A stretch of 64,000 nt of DNA from Candidatus Moraniibacteriota bacterium. GTDB lineage: Bacteria > Patescibacteriota > Minisyncoccia > Moranbacterales > UBA11712. The stretch spans positions 21,201-85,200 of the forward strand of contig JAQVJV010000001.1 of NCBI GenBank assembly GCA_028695025.1. Reading direction: 5' to 3'. A model generated the notes under the pieces. It saw only the letters and a program-made list of their open reading frames with translations, ran no database searches and was not told the origin of the DNA. Shown here in pieces: positions 20,110 through 29,871 of this stretch (position 1 is the stretch's first letter; every line of letters starts with the position of its first letter). The translations under genes were made by a program, and so were the position numbers.

Positions 20110-20382
20110 ATGTCCGAAACAAATATCCAGCCTCTTGGCGAAAATGTCCTCATCGAGCCTGTGAAGCAGGATACCAAAACCGCTTCCGGGATTGTTCTTC
20201 CCGACACAAGCGAAGAAAAACCGCAAGAGGGAACCGTGATTGCCGTCGGCGACAGCGACAAAATCAAGGTGAAGGCCGGCCAGAAAGTGATCTATTCCAA
20301 ATATTCCGGAAACGACATCAAAGTCGGGGACAAGGAGTATCTCCTGGTGAAAAGCGAGGATATCCTGGCGGTGGTGAAGTAA
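20110..20382 (+). CDS. groES: Co-chaperonin GroES (no adjacent groEL)
   Basis: IQPLGENVL, TASGIVLPD..EKPQEG.VIAVG, DILAVV. Confidence 0.95.
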   Translation: MSETNIQPLGENVLIEPVKQDTKTASGIVLPDTSEEKPQEGTVIAVGDSDKIKVKAGQKVIYSKYSGNDIKVGDKEYLLVKSEDILAVVK

Positions 20383-20402
20383 ATATATATTAATATATAT
20401 AA

Positions 20403-20435
20403 ATGAAAAAGCAGGACATAATCCTGTTTTTTCAT
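20403..20435. terminator. Bidirectional terminator
   Basis: ATGAAAAAGCAGGA-CATAA-TCCTGTTTTTTCAT between converging genes. Confidence 0.7.
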
Positions 20436-20441
20436 ATTTCA

Positions 20442-21257
20442 CTATTCCGTTTTTCCACCTGCCGTTTTCCAATCAGCGAATGTCCCGTCAAGTTGGTATA
20501 TGTTGAAAAAATTGAGATCGAACAATTTCACCGCCGCCTGGAAAGAATCGACCGCGTCCGCGCCATAAACAACCACTTTCTGGACTGACGGAATTTTTTC
20601 TTTCTCGCTTTCAAGGTCGGAAAGGGGAATGTTTATCGCTCCGGCGATATGGCTGGCTTGGAACTTGCTTGCGCTTCGCACATCCACGAATTGCAAGGAA
20701 TCAGCCTCATTTTGTGCGTCCGCGAGGCTCATTTTTTTCACTTTCGCGTCATCCGTTTCCGCTTTTCCGGAAGAAACAAGGGGATAGCCATTCTCCATCC
20801 AATCGGCGATTCCGCCGCGGAGATATTGCGTATTCACAAAGCCTTCGGCCACCACCGCATTCGTTGCCTTTGCAAGTATTGCTAAATTGTCTCCCTGATT
20901 TATTAAAAATATATTTGACGTTTTTTCCGCGCCCAGCTCTTCAAAAAACTTGCGGTTCAGCCCGTCAGCGGAAACATTCACCGCGGTCGCGATATGCCCT
21001 TGATCAAAATCATCCGCGGGACTGATATCGATCAAAAAAACTTTTTTCTTGTCCTGGATCATTTGGAAAACATCATCCGCCATGACGGAAGGCGCTTTGA
21101 GAATTTCCGCGTTGTCGGACTGGCCTTTGCTTTCGCCGCCAAAAACCTTGTCTTTCCACCGCAAAACCGCCGGCTTGAGAAAATAGGCGGCGATGACCGC
21201 AACAATCAGCAAAAAGCCGATGAAAAACACTTTTGACTGGTCTTTTTCTTTTGTCAT
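20442..21257 (-). CDS. Membrane-anchored tandem rhodanese-like protein
   Basis: Two domains: LID...F..GHI..A.N and LRGG..DW; VDVR...F..SHIAGAINIP and LDG...W. Confidence 0.8.
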   Translation of the reverse strand: MTKEKDQSKVFFIGFLLIVAVIAAYFLKPAVLRWKDKVFGGESKGQSDNAEILKAPSVMADDVFQMIQDKKKVFLIDISPADDFDQGHIATAVNVSADGLNRKFFEELGAEKTSNIFLINQGDNLAILAKATNAVVAEGFVNTQYLRGGIADWMENGYPLVSSGKAETDDAKVKKMSLADAQNEADSLQFVDVRSASKFQASHIAGAINIPLSDLESEKEKIPSVQKVVVYGADAVDSFQAAVKLFDLNFFNIYQLDGTFADWKTAGGKTE

Positions 21258-21260
21258 TTT

Positions 21261-22217
21261 TTACGCTAATATTTTTCCGATGAAATCCGGACGGCCTTTC
21301 AGAAAATCATCCGCCATCATTTCTTTTTTTCCTTCGAGTTGGATTTTTTTGAGGATTATCAAGCCATTTTCAGCCTGAACGGCAATTTTTTCCCTGTATT
21401 TAATCACCTCGCCGACAGTTTGAGCGGCATTCGTTCCCGGAATTATATTGATTTCAACCAATTTCATCCTTTTTGTGTTATTCTTATCGGGAAAAAAAGT
21501 GAATATTCCCGGCCAGGGCTGGAAAGCGCGCCACTTGTTGTATATTTTTTCCGCCGGCTCGCTCCAATCGATTTTTCCGTCTTCGCGACGGATGATTTGG
21601 CAGTAGGAAGCTTTGGCGCCATCTTGCGGCACGGCGCTGATTCCGCCGGCGACCCATTTTTCAATTGCCGGTCCGACCATAGCCGCGCCCATTTCAGCCA
21701 ACCGTTCCATCAACTGATCGGCTGTTTCATCGGATCTTATTTTCATCTTTTCCTGCGCCAGGATATCCCCCTCGTCCATTTTTTCGTCCATAAGGATCAG
21801 CGTGACTCCCGTTTCTTTTTCACTAGCGAGGATTGCCGCCGGAACCGGAGTGGGGCCGCGAAATTTGGGAAGAAGGGACGGATGGACATTGATCGCGCCG
21901 AATTTCGGAATTTCGAGGAGGCCTTTCGGCAATATTTTTCCATAGGCCGCGACCACAAACAGGCCGGGATCCAGCTTTTTTAATTCATCAACGACTTTTT
22001 CATCTTTCAAATTTTCCGGCTGAAAAATTTTTATTCTGTTTTCAAGGGCCGTTTTTTTGGCCGGAGAATATTCGATTTCTTGTTTTCTCCCGATTTTTTT
22101 GTCGGGCTGCGCCACAACCGCGACGACATCAAAATTGTTTTCAATCAGCGAACCGAGCACTGTCGCGCCGATCTCCGGCGTGCCGAAAAAAATGATTTTC
22201 GTGTTTTTATTTTTCAT
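21261..22217 (-). CDS. fmt: Methionyl-tRNA formyltransferase
   Basis: IFFGTP, VAAYGKIL, INVHPSLLPKFRG.TP, LEGKKEM. Confidence 0.96.
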   Translation of the reverse strand: MKNKNTKIIFFGTPEIGATVLGSLIENNFDVVAVVAQPDKKIGRKQEIEYSPAKKTALENRIKIFQPENLKDEKVVDELKKLDPGLFVVAAYGKILPKGLLEIPKFGAINVHPSLLPKFRGPTPVPAAILASEKETGVTLILMDEKMDEGDILAQEKMKIRSDETADQLMERLAEMGAAMVGPAIEKWVAGGISAVPQDGAKASYCQIIRREDGKIDWSEPAEKIYNKWRAFQPWPGIFTFFPDKNNTKRMKLVEINIIPGTNAAQTVGEVIKYREKIAVQAENGLIILKKIQLEGKKEMMADDFLKGRPDFIGKILA

Positions 22218-22677
22218 TTCCTTTCATTGCCCGGTCGATCACCAAAATCCCGTCGAGGTGGTCGATTTCATGCTGAAGGACCCGGGCCAAAAAGCCGTCC
22301 GCTTTGATTTTCTGTTTTTCCCCCTCAAGGTTCAGCGTTTGCACTTTCACTTTGATCGGGCGTTCAACTTGAAAAAATTGGTTGGGAAAACTCAAGCATC
22401 CTTCTTCAAAAATATCTTTTTTTCGGGAATATGATTTTATTTCCGGATTGATAAGCACAAAAACCTCGCCTTCGACCGCCACTGTGCAGAGACGGAGATC
22501 CGACCCGACTTGCGGCGCGGCAAGGCCCACCCCTTTTTCCTCTTCCATGGCTTTCACCATATCCAAAACAAGCCGCTTGAATTTCGGATTTTTTATTTCT
22601 TCCTTCCTGACTTTTCGCGTTTTGCGGCGCAAAAAATCGTCCGGATATTTGACTATTTTCAACTTCTTGTTCTTCAT
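22207..22677 (-). CDS. def: Peptide deformylase
   Basis: GVGLAAPQVG, EGCLS, QHEIDHLDG; start reassigned to ATG 22677. Confidence 0.96.
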   Translation of the reverse strand: MKNKKLKIVKYPDDFLRRKTRKVRKEEIKNPKFKRLVLDMVKAMEEEKGVGLAAPQVGSDLRLCTVAVEGEVFVLINPEIKSYSRKKDIFEEGCLSFPNQFFQVERPIKVKVQTLNLEGEKQKIKADGFLARVLQHEIDHLDGILVIDRAMKGNEK

Positions 22678-22682
22678 ATTTT

Positions 22683-24614
22683 TCAAAAAAGCGTCACCGG
22701 ATCGACATCCACGCTCCAGCCTTTCCGCAATCCGCCCAAAACGGACCGGATGGGCAAATCGCGGATATTTTTTCCCGGATCGCATTTCAAAAGCAAATTT
22801 TTCTGGAAAAAACCTCTTTTTTGCCCGGAAAAAGGCTCATACGGAGCAAAAACGTCAACCTTATTATTACTAGTTGCCATCAATAAGTCAAATGTTTTTT
22901 TCATTTCCTTTTCGATATTTTTCTTTGATTTGTCCCGAAAAGCAACTTTCACCAACCTCGAAAAAGGGGGGAAGCCGTATCTCTTGCGGATAGCCAGCTC
23001 GTTTTTGTAGTATTTTTCTTTTTCATTTTTTTCAAAGTATTCAAGCGTCCGGCTTTTTTCGAAAAAAGACTGGAGAAAAACCGTACCTTTCCCGCCAAGA
23101 ATACTCTCCATCCGGGAAAGCCGCGCAAGGGAGAGGCTCCGCGATTCAAACTCGATTCCGTCCGCGAAATCCCGGCCGGAAATTGAAGCGGCAAGAGCCG
23201 TATTTTCCGAAAACAGCCCCTTCAAGACCGACTGCGTGCCAACCAGGATATCAACTTTTCCAACCGCGAAATTTTCCAGTATCTTCCTTGTTTTGGCAAC
23301 GCTTCGGAGAGTGTCCGCGTCCAAGCGAACCGTGCCGGCGCAGGAGAACAGTTTTTTTATTTTTCGCTCCACGGTTTGTGTTCCGATGCCGCGATGGGAA
23401 AACTGCAAACCGCCGCAAGCCGGACAGGCCGTGAAAAGGTCGGCTTTATACGCGCAATGGAGACATCGATATTGCCCCTCGGCCTCCGAAAAAACAAGGG
23501 CTCGGTTGCATTTCGGACACTTGAGAACTTTTTTGCAGTTTTCACAAATGGAACGGGTGGAAAAACCTCTCCGGTTCACGAAAACGACCGCCTGTTTTTT
23601 TTCTTTGATGGTTTTTGCCAATTGGCTGAAAAGTTCCGGAGAAATCGGAAAGTCCGGATTTTTCTTTTTTCCCCCGAGACTCACAATTTCGATTTTGGGC
23701 CGCCTGATTTCGGCCGTTTCCGGCTTGATATGTTCCAGATCTTTTCCCGCGCGGACGCGGATTTCCGCCGAAGGCCAGCCGCTCTCAAAAACAATCTTCG
23801 CTCCGGACAGGTCGGAAAGCGTTTCAGCGCACCAGACCGCCGAATAGCGCGGCATTGCCTCACTCTGCTTGAAAGACGGATCCTGCTCTTCCAAAACAAT
23901 GACGGTTCCAAGATTTTCAAAAGGCAGGAATACGCCCATTTTTGTCGCAATGATTATTTTTGTTTCGCCGGAATGGATTTTTTGCCAATATTCGCCGTAT
24001 TTTTTCTTGGTGATCTTTCCGTGGATCAAGGCTATTTCTTCGCCAAAACAATCTTTCCATTTTTGAAAAAGACTTTCGGCGAAAAACACTTCGGGAACAA
24101 GAATGAGGATTTGTTTTCCCCCGGAAAGGCATTTCAAAATCAAGGCCTTATTCACATCTTCCGCGTCCTGCGTCGGCGCTTCCAATAAAAATTTCTGTTT
24201 TTTGTTCGAGATTATTTTTTGGGCTATGCTGTTTTTTGTTTGAAGTATCTTTATTTTGCGATTATTGTTCGCTGTTCGCTGTTCACTGTTCGCTGTTTTT
24301 GCTGCCATCAGCTTTAAAACCGAACCCAAAGGAGCAAAATACCGCTCGGCAATTTTCCGGGCCAGTTCGATTTGATACGGCTTTATGGCGCCGGATTCAA
24401 CCACGCTTCTTATTTTTTTCAGTTTGAAATTTTTTGGAAATTCACCCGATTGCCTTGTTTCAATGACCACCCCCTCAATTTCCCGAAAATAGAAAGGGAT
24501 CTTCACAAGCGTCCCCGCCGGAAGTTCTTTTCCATGCCAATATGAAAAAACCTGTGTCCGAAGCACCGGCAGGGGAACAAGAGGAGCAACTTGGATGATA
24601 TGTTTTGATTTCAT
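22683..24614 (-). CDS. priA: Primosomal protein N' (PriA) with degenerate helicase motifs
   Basis: NRRGFS, four CxxC pairs, GIGTQ, DILVGTQ, PPF, C-terminal VDVDP; priA-def-fmt synteny. Confidence 0.9.
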   Translation of the reverse strand: MKSKHIIQVAPLVPLPVLRTQVFSYWHGKELPAGTLVKIPFYFREIEGVVIETRQSGEFPKNFKLKKIRSVVESGAIKPYQIELARKIAERYFAPLGSVLKLMAAKTANSEQRTANNNRKIKILQTKNSIAQKIISNKKQKFLLEAPTQDAEDVNKALILKCLSGGKQILILVPEVFFAESLFQKWKDCFGEEIALIHGKITKKKYGEYWQKIHSGETKIIIATKMGVFLPFENLGTVIVLEEQDPSFKQSEAMPRYSAVWCAETLSDLSGAKIVFESGWPSAEIRVRAGKDLEHIKPETAEIRRPKIEIVSLGGKKKNPDFPISPELFSQLAKTIKEKKQAVVFVNRRGFSTRSICENCKKVLKCPKCNRALVFSEAEGQYRCLHCAYKADLFTACPACGGLQFSHRGIGTQTVERKIKKLFSCAGTVRLDADTLRSVAKTRKILENFAVGKVDILVGTQSVLKGLFSENTALAASISGRDFADGIEFESRSLSLARLSRMESILGGKGTVFLQSFFEKSRTLEYFEKNEKEKYYKNELAIRKRYGFPPFSRLVKVAFRDKSKKNIEKEMKKTFDLLMATSNNKVDVFAPYEPFSGQKRGFFQKNLLLKCDPGKNIRDLPIRSVLGGLRKGWSVDVDPVTLF

Positions 24615-24642
24615 TGGGAATTTAGAATTGTAAATTCAAAAT

Positions 24643-25440
24643 TCACTTTATATTCATATTCGCCGCGAGGTAGCCGACCCCGAACGGAGCTTCGTAGGTG
24701 AATGGGCGGATATCCCAGCGCAGGTTGGCAATCGCGCTCAACATGATGATCATCGGCCGCAATCCGCATTCCCCGGCTTCTTCCAGAAAATCGTTTTCGA
24801 TATCCACCAACCCTTTGAGATCTTTTTTCCGCACCATTTCCACGATTTTTTTGTCAAAAAGGCGGCCTTGCGGGCTGTATCCGGCCGGAGAACCGGGTGA
24901 AACGCGATGCGACAAATCACTGCTCGCCGCAATCGCCGTCACGCTGGATGATTCTTGCAAAACTTTTCCTAATATTCTTCCGAAGTGATAGTGATATTCG
25001 AGCGGAAGCATGGAAACCGAAATATGGATCAATTTCTGGTTATGCGCCGATTTTTTTTCGCCAATCAGATAATGCAAAGGAACCAGCGCCCCGCGATCCA
25101 GCTCCATTTCGCGGACAAAACCGACAGGAATGCCAAACGGCCGAGACTCCGAAGCGATCAAATCCGCCAGCTCCCGATTGTTTTCCAGCGCGAAGCGGCG
25201 TTCGTCCCCGAAAGACTGCAAACCTCCCCGCAATGTAGGCGAGTAGTTGATGATAAACTTGTCATACTGCACCGGGCCGTGCGGAGAGACGATGACCAGC
25301 GTGTCAGCCTTCACCGACTGGAACCTTTCACCGATCTGCTTCATCGTATTGGCCGTTTTTTTCACCAGATTGTAGTTGCCTTTCCCAATGGAAGAAATAA
25401 TCACCGTCGGATGGGGAGTAATGGCCGCGAATCGGATCAT
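24643..25440 (-). CDS. AmmeMemoRadiSam protein B / class III extradiol dioxygenase-like
   Basis: PHP, SPHG, ASSDLSHR, PAGY, ECG, YEAPFGVGY. Confidence 0.8.
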   Translation of the reverse strand: MIRFAAITPHPTVIISSIGKGNYNLVKKTANTMKQIGERFQSVKADTLVIVSPHGPVQYDKFIINYSPTLRGGLQSFGDERRFALENNRELADLIASESRPFGIPVGFVREMELDRGALVPLHYLIGEKKSAHNQKLIHISVSMLPLEYHYHFGRILGKVLQESSSVTAIAASSDLSHRVSPGSPAGYSPQGRLFDKKIVEMVRKKDLKGLVDIENDFLEEAGECGLRPMIIMLSAIANLRWDIRPFTYEAPFGVGYLAANMNIK

Positions 25441-25505
25441 GGATTGATTTTATCACTTTAATCTGATAGGATTTTATCATAATTAACCACTTTTTAAAAA
25501 TAAAT

Positions 25506-26801
25506 ATGAAAGAGCGTGAAAAGGTTTATTCCCACATAAAAAAAGGGGATTCGGAAATTTATCGGGCCGTCTCCGGAGAAATCGACCGCCAGCAGGAAGG
25601 CCTTGAGATGATCCCTTCCGAATCATACGCTTCCCGCGCCGTTCTTGAGGCCATCGGATCCGTTTTTGAAAACAAATATTCGGAAGGTTATCCGAAAAAG
25701 AGATACTACGGCGGCCAGAAATACACGGACATCGTCGAGCAAATCGCCATCAAACGCGCCAAAAAGCTTTTCCGCTTCGAACATGCCAACGTCCAGCCCT
25801 ATTCCGGGTCTCCGGCCAATTTCGCCGCTCTCAACGCGGTTTGCGCGCCGGGAGACACAATCATGGGGATGGATTTGCGTTTCGGCGGCCACCTCACGCA
25901 CGGCTGGAAAGTGAGCGTCACGGGAAAATATTTCAATTCGGCCCAGTACACGACCGACAAAAACGGATTCCTTGATTTTAACGAGATTGAAAAATTGGCA
26001 AAAAAACACAAGCCGAAAGTCATCATCTGCGGATACACGGCCTATCCCCGGACAATCGACTTCGCAAAATTCGCTGAAATCGCCCGGGGCGTTGGGGCGT
26101 ATTTGCTGGCGGACATCGCTCACATCGCGGGGCTTGTCGCCGCCGGAGAGCATCCGAGTCCCGCCGGGTTCGCCGATATCGTCACCACCACTACGCACAA
26201 GACTCTCCGCGGGCCGCGGGCCGGAATGATCCTTTGCAACGGCAATCCGTCCGATCCGCTGAAACCGATCAAAAATCCGACCAAAAAAGATTTGCCGACC
26301 CTCATCGACCGGTCTATTTTCCCGGGAATGCAGGGAGGGCCGCATATCCATACAATCGCCGGGGTGGCTGTCGCCCTCAAAGAAGCCTCGACCAAAGAAT
26401 TCAAAGCCTATGCCAAACAAGTCGTGAAAAATGCCAAAAAACTCGCTGATATTTTTAATAATAGAGGTCTGCGTCTTTCCACCGGCGGAACCGACAACCA
26501 TTTGATTTTGATGGATGTCACGCCGTTTGGGATCACCGGGAAAGAGGCGGAAGAGCGTCTTGAGCAAATTGCGATTTCGCTCAACAAAAATGCCATTCCG
26601 CATGACCCCAACCCGCCATACAATCCCAGCGGGATCCGGCTCGGCACCCCTTGCGTCACCATCCGCGGGATGAAGGAACCGGAAATGGATATTTTGGGAA
26701 ACGCCATCGCCGACACGCTCGAAGACAAGAAAAACATCCGAAAAGCAAAACTGGCCGTGAAGGAACTTTGCGCAAAGTTCCCCTTATATAAAGGATTATA
26801 A
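25506..26801 (+). CDS. glyA: Serine hydroxymethyltransferase
   Basis: NKYSEGYP.KRYYGG, GGHLTHG, TTTTHKTLRGPR, SGIRLGTP. Confidence 0.97.
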   Translation: MKEREKVYSHIKKGDSEIYRAVSGEIDRQQEGLEMIPSESYASRAVLEAIGSVFENKYSEGYPKKRYYGGQKYTDIVEQIAIKRAKKLFRFEHANVQPYSGSPANFAALNAVCAPGDTIMGMDLRFGGHLTHGWKVSVTGKYFNSAQYTTDKNGFLDFNEIEKLAKKHKPKVIICGYTAYPRTIDFAKFAEIARGVGAYLLADIAHIAGLVAAGEHPSPAGFADIVTTTTHKTLRGPRAGMILCNGNPSDPLKPIKNPTKKDLPTLIDRSIFPGMQGGPHIHTIAGVAVALKEASTKEFKAYAKQVVKNAKKLADIFNNRGLRLSTGGTDNHLILMDVTPFGITGKEAEERLEQIAISLNKNAIPHDPNPPYNPSGIRLGTPCVTIRGMKEPEMDILGNAIADTLEDKKNIRKAKLAVKELCAKFPLYKGL

Positions 26802-26806
26802 TACTT

Positions 26807-27100
26807 ATGAAAAAATTTCAAAAATATTGTGCGGAAGTGGTCAAAAAAATTGACAGAAAATACAAAATAAAACGAGATCCGCAACTTTCTATCGCACAAC
26901 TATTAGAGGAACTCGGCGAGCTTGCAAAAGAAATCAATAGGAAAAAATTACGCGGAAAAAAAGCAGGTCGGATCGAGCTAAAAAACGAATTTGCGGATGT
27001 TTTTTTGCAACTGGCAATTCTCGCAGATATTCATAGTATTGATATCGAGAGCTCGGTTAAAAAGAAAATAGAAGAATTAAAAGAAAGAAATTATTTTTAG
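26807..27100 (+). CDS. MazG-like NTP pyrophosphohydrolase
   Basis: LLEELGELA...EFADV (EExxE...ExxD). Confidence 0.8.
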   Translation: MKKFQKYCAEVVKKIDRKYKIKRDPQLSIAQLLEELGELAKEINRKKLRGKKAGRIELKNEFADVFLQLAILADIHSIDIESSVKKKIEELKERNYF

Positions 27101-27102
27101 TT

Positions 27103-27200
27103 TGTCATCCCGCACTTGCCTGCCCGCCTTTGTAAAAACACAAGATATTGCGTCTTTACAAAAAAATTTTCTGGATCCCGGCTCGGAAGCCGGGATGACA
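27103..27200. repeat. Composite palindromic miniature element
   Basis: Perfect 10-bp terminal IR TGTCATCCCG/CGGGATGACA with nested hairpins at 27129-27162 and 27175-27196. Confidence 0.7.
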
Positions 27201-27214
27201 TAGTCATGTAATAC

Positions 27215-28045
27215 ATGAAAATTCTTGACGGAAATAAGCTTTCCGAAAAATATATAAAAATTATCCGCCAAAAGACGGCGAAAATGAAACGCCGTCCGGT
27301 TTTGGCGATGGTTCTGGTCGGCGATGATCCGGCTTCGAAAATCTATGTAAGACGAAAAGGTGTTTTGTGCGAGCAAGCCGGAATTGATTCAAAGACGATC
27401 ATTCTGCCGGAAAACACTTCACAGAAAAAATTATTGGGCGCCATTGATAAGCTCAACAAAGACAAAAATATCACGGCGATCATGGTCCAGCTTCCGCTAC
27501 CAAGCCATATTGACAAGAAAAAAATCATCGAAAGCGTCGACCCAAAAAAAGACGCGGATTGCCTGCATCCGGAGAACCTTGGAAAATTCATCCAAGAGGG
27601 AGAGGGTTATTCAATCGTCGCTCCGGCCACGCCCCTTGGAATCATCAAAATGCTTGAAGAATGCAAAATTCCCATTGCCGGAAAAAAAGCCGTGGTCATC
27701 GGCCGCTCGAACATCGTCGGAAAACCGATGGCCCAATTTTTGTTGAGCCGCGACGCAACCGTCACTGTTTGCCACCGCCTCACTAAAAACCTCGCAAAAA
27801 TCACGCGCGAAGCGGATATTTTGGTCGCGGCGGTCGGAAAAAAAAACCTCGTCAAAGCTCCGATGATAAAAAAAGGCGCGGTGGTGATCGATGTCGGCAT
27901 GAACCGGGACGGAAAAAAACTTCTTGGCGATGTCGATTTTGAAAACGTCAGCAAAAAAGCGTCGTACATCACCCCCGTCCCCGGCGGAGTAGGCCCGATG
28001 ACAATCGCAATGCTACTGTGGAATACTCTCGAACTTGCCAAATAA
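27215..28045 (+). CDS. folD: Methylenetetrahydrofolate dehydrogenase/cyclohydrolase
   Basis: VGDDPAS.IYV, VQLPLP, GRSNIVGKP, TPVPGGVGPMT. Confidence 0.97.
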   Translation: MKILDGNKLSEKYIKIIRQKTAKMKRRPVLAMVLVGDDPASKIYVRRKGVLCEQAGIDSKTIILPENTSQKKLLGAIDKLNKDKNITAIMVQLPLPSHIDKKKIIESVDPKKDADCLHPENLGKFIQEGEGYSIVAPATPLGIIKMLEECKIPIAGKKAVVIGRSNIVGKPMAQFLLSRDATVTVCHRLTKNLAKITREADILVAAVGKKNLVKAPMIKKGAVVIDVGMNRDGKKLLGDVDFENVSKKASYITPVPGGVGPMTIAMLLWNTLELAK

Positions 28046-28076
28046 CACCCGAACATTCAATGTTCGGGTGAATAAA

Positions 28077-29582
28077 TTACTTCCCGTCCACAAATTCCGC
28101 GTCTTCGATTTCTTCGCCTTTCTTTTTCTTGCGGGAGAGGAGTTCTTTCACAAGAAGCAAGTCCTTCGCGCTAATTTCACGGAAGATATAAAGGACAAAA
28201 AGATAAATCGCGAAAAGAATCACCGACCAGATAAGAAAATAATAATTCGTCTTTGGAAATAAGAAAGTCCCAGCAATCATCACGGCTGAAGCGGTGAGAA
28301 TTTTCAAAAAACTTTTCACGGAAAAAAGATAGCCGAATTCGCGATAGGTATAAACAAGCGCGAAAACCATCACCGCAAAAGACACGATCATCGTCCCGGC
28401 GGCGCCTCCGACGATGCCATATTGCTTGATAAGGAAGTAGGTAATGAACGTGTTCAGAAAAAGCCCAAAAATCGCCGCGTTCATCGGAATTTTCACTTTT
28501 CCGGCGCCGTTCAAGATGAACGTAAGGACATAGAAAACCGTTTGGAATCCCTCGGCAAAAACGTATAGCGTCATCACTGGCGCAGCCAAGGCATATTTCG
28601 AAGAATAGAAAATATTGATGATCGGCAGAGAAAAATAGGCCATCAAAAGGCAGGTCGGCACAAGAAACATCGTGAGGAACCGGAGCGAATGACTCACGAT
28701 TTTTTTCGTTTCCGCGCTGTTGTTTTCCGAAGTCGTTTTCGAAACCGAAGGGAGAAGAATGATTGTAAGCGCGTAAAAAAGGTTGTAGGGAATGGCTCCA
28801 ACGGTATAAGCGGCGTTGTATAACCCTGTTTGGACATCCGAATGGAGAATCCCTTTCACGAGATAGAGATCAATCGTGTTCAGCAGTTGATAGGCAATGA
28901 GAAATATCGTCACCGGCCAGGCAAAAACGGCAAGCTTCCGCCACTCAAAATTGCCGATGGCTTTCAGTTTTTTGTACGGATCAAGGGAATAGGCCTCAAT
29001 AAAAATAGAAAGGGGGGCGATGATATATCCAAGAATCGCCCCTTCGAGCGCGTATCCGCGGGATTTGAGAAAAAGCGCAAGGCCAATGATGAAAACCAGC
29101 CGCCAAATACCCCGGCTTGTTTTCAGGAATGCCTGGATTTTGAACTTGTGGATCCCGGTGTAGTAGTAAAAATAGAAAGAGGCAAGAGCAAAAGCGGGAA
29201 TGACAAGCGTTGATAATCTGAATAGATTGGTAAGGCTCGGATCCCCAAGAACGCGTGCAAGCAATGGCGCAAGGAGGAAGAATGCCACCGTCACTGTGCC
29301 GACAATCACAGCTTGGATTTTTGCGGTTTGTTTCTTGATAACCGGAATCAAATTCGGCTTGCTTTCAAAAATCTCGCTCAAATATTTCGACATTGCCGTC
29401 GGCACGCTCTGCCCGATAAGAACGATTGTCATTGTTGTGAGGGTGACAATGATCCCGAACCGGCCATAGTCCGCGGGACCCAAAACCCGCCCCATGACGG
29501 CATGGATGATATAGCCCGAAAGATTATATAAAATCTCCGAAAGCGCGACCCACAAAAATGATTTGGCGAGGAAAGTGGACAT
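28077..29582 (-). CDS. Wzx-type oligosaccharide flippase
   Basis: R.LGPADYG; D.YLV...GLYNAA; many TM segments. Confidence 0.88.
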   Translation of the reverse strand: MSTFLAKSFLWVALSEILYNLSGYIIHAVMGRVLGPADYGRFGIIVTLTTMTIVLIGQSVPTAMSKYLSEIFESKPNLIPVIKKQTAKIQAVIVGTVTVAFFLLAPLLARVLGDPSLTNLFRLSTLVIPAFALASFYFYYYTGIHKFKIQAFLKTSRGIWRLVFIIGLALFLKSRGYALEGAILGYIIAPLSIFIEAYSLDPYKKLKAIGNFEWRKLAVFAWPVTIFLIAYQLLNTIDLYLVKGILHSDVQTGLYNAAYTVGAIPYNLFYALTIILLPSVSKTTSENNSAETKKIVSHSLRFLTMFLVPTCLLMAYFSLPIINIFYSSKYALAAPVMTLYVFAEGFQTVFYVLTFILNGAGKVKIPMNAAIFGLFLNTFITYFLIKQYGIVGGAAGTMIVSFAVMVFALVYTYREFGYLFSVKSFLKILTASAVMIAGTFLFPKTNYYFLIWSVILFAIYLFVLYIFREISAKDLLLVKELLSRKKKKGEEIEDAEFVDGK

Positions 29583-29584
29583 TG

Positions 29585-29860
29585 TTAGTGCAATAATTGC
29601 TTGAACCCAATGAGATCTCCTTCGCGGTTGTATTGGACAATTGCGCTGATATTGAGATGGTTTACAAGTTTTTCAAAGGTTAATCCGAATTCTTTCAATT
29701 GACCCGAAGAAAGTTCGACACCCATATAATCGTTCAATTTGTTGTTTTCATCCTTGAGATCAATATTGATACCGCCCTCATGGTTTCTCGTTACGCTTAC
29801 AATCCGACCTTTAAACTCAAGCGGTTCTTCACGCAAATTTGGAATCTCTAGGTTTTTCAT
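29585..29860 (-). CDS. Hypothetical protein
   Basis: 91-aa ORF tightly packed between the tmk-like gene and the flippase. Confidence 0.55.
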   Translation of the reverse strand: MKNLEIPNLREEPLEFKGRIVSVTRNHEGGINIDLKDENNKLNDYMGVELSSGQLKEFGLTFEKLVNHLNISAIVQYNREGDLIGFKQLLH

Positions 29861-29871
29861 AGATATTTTAG

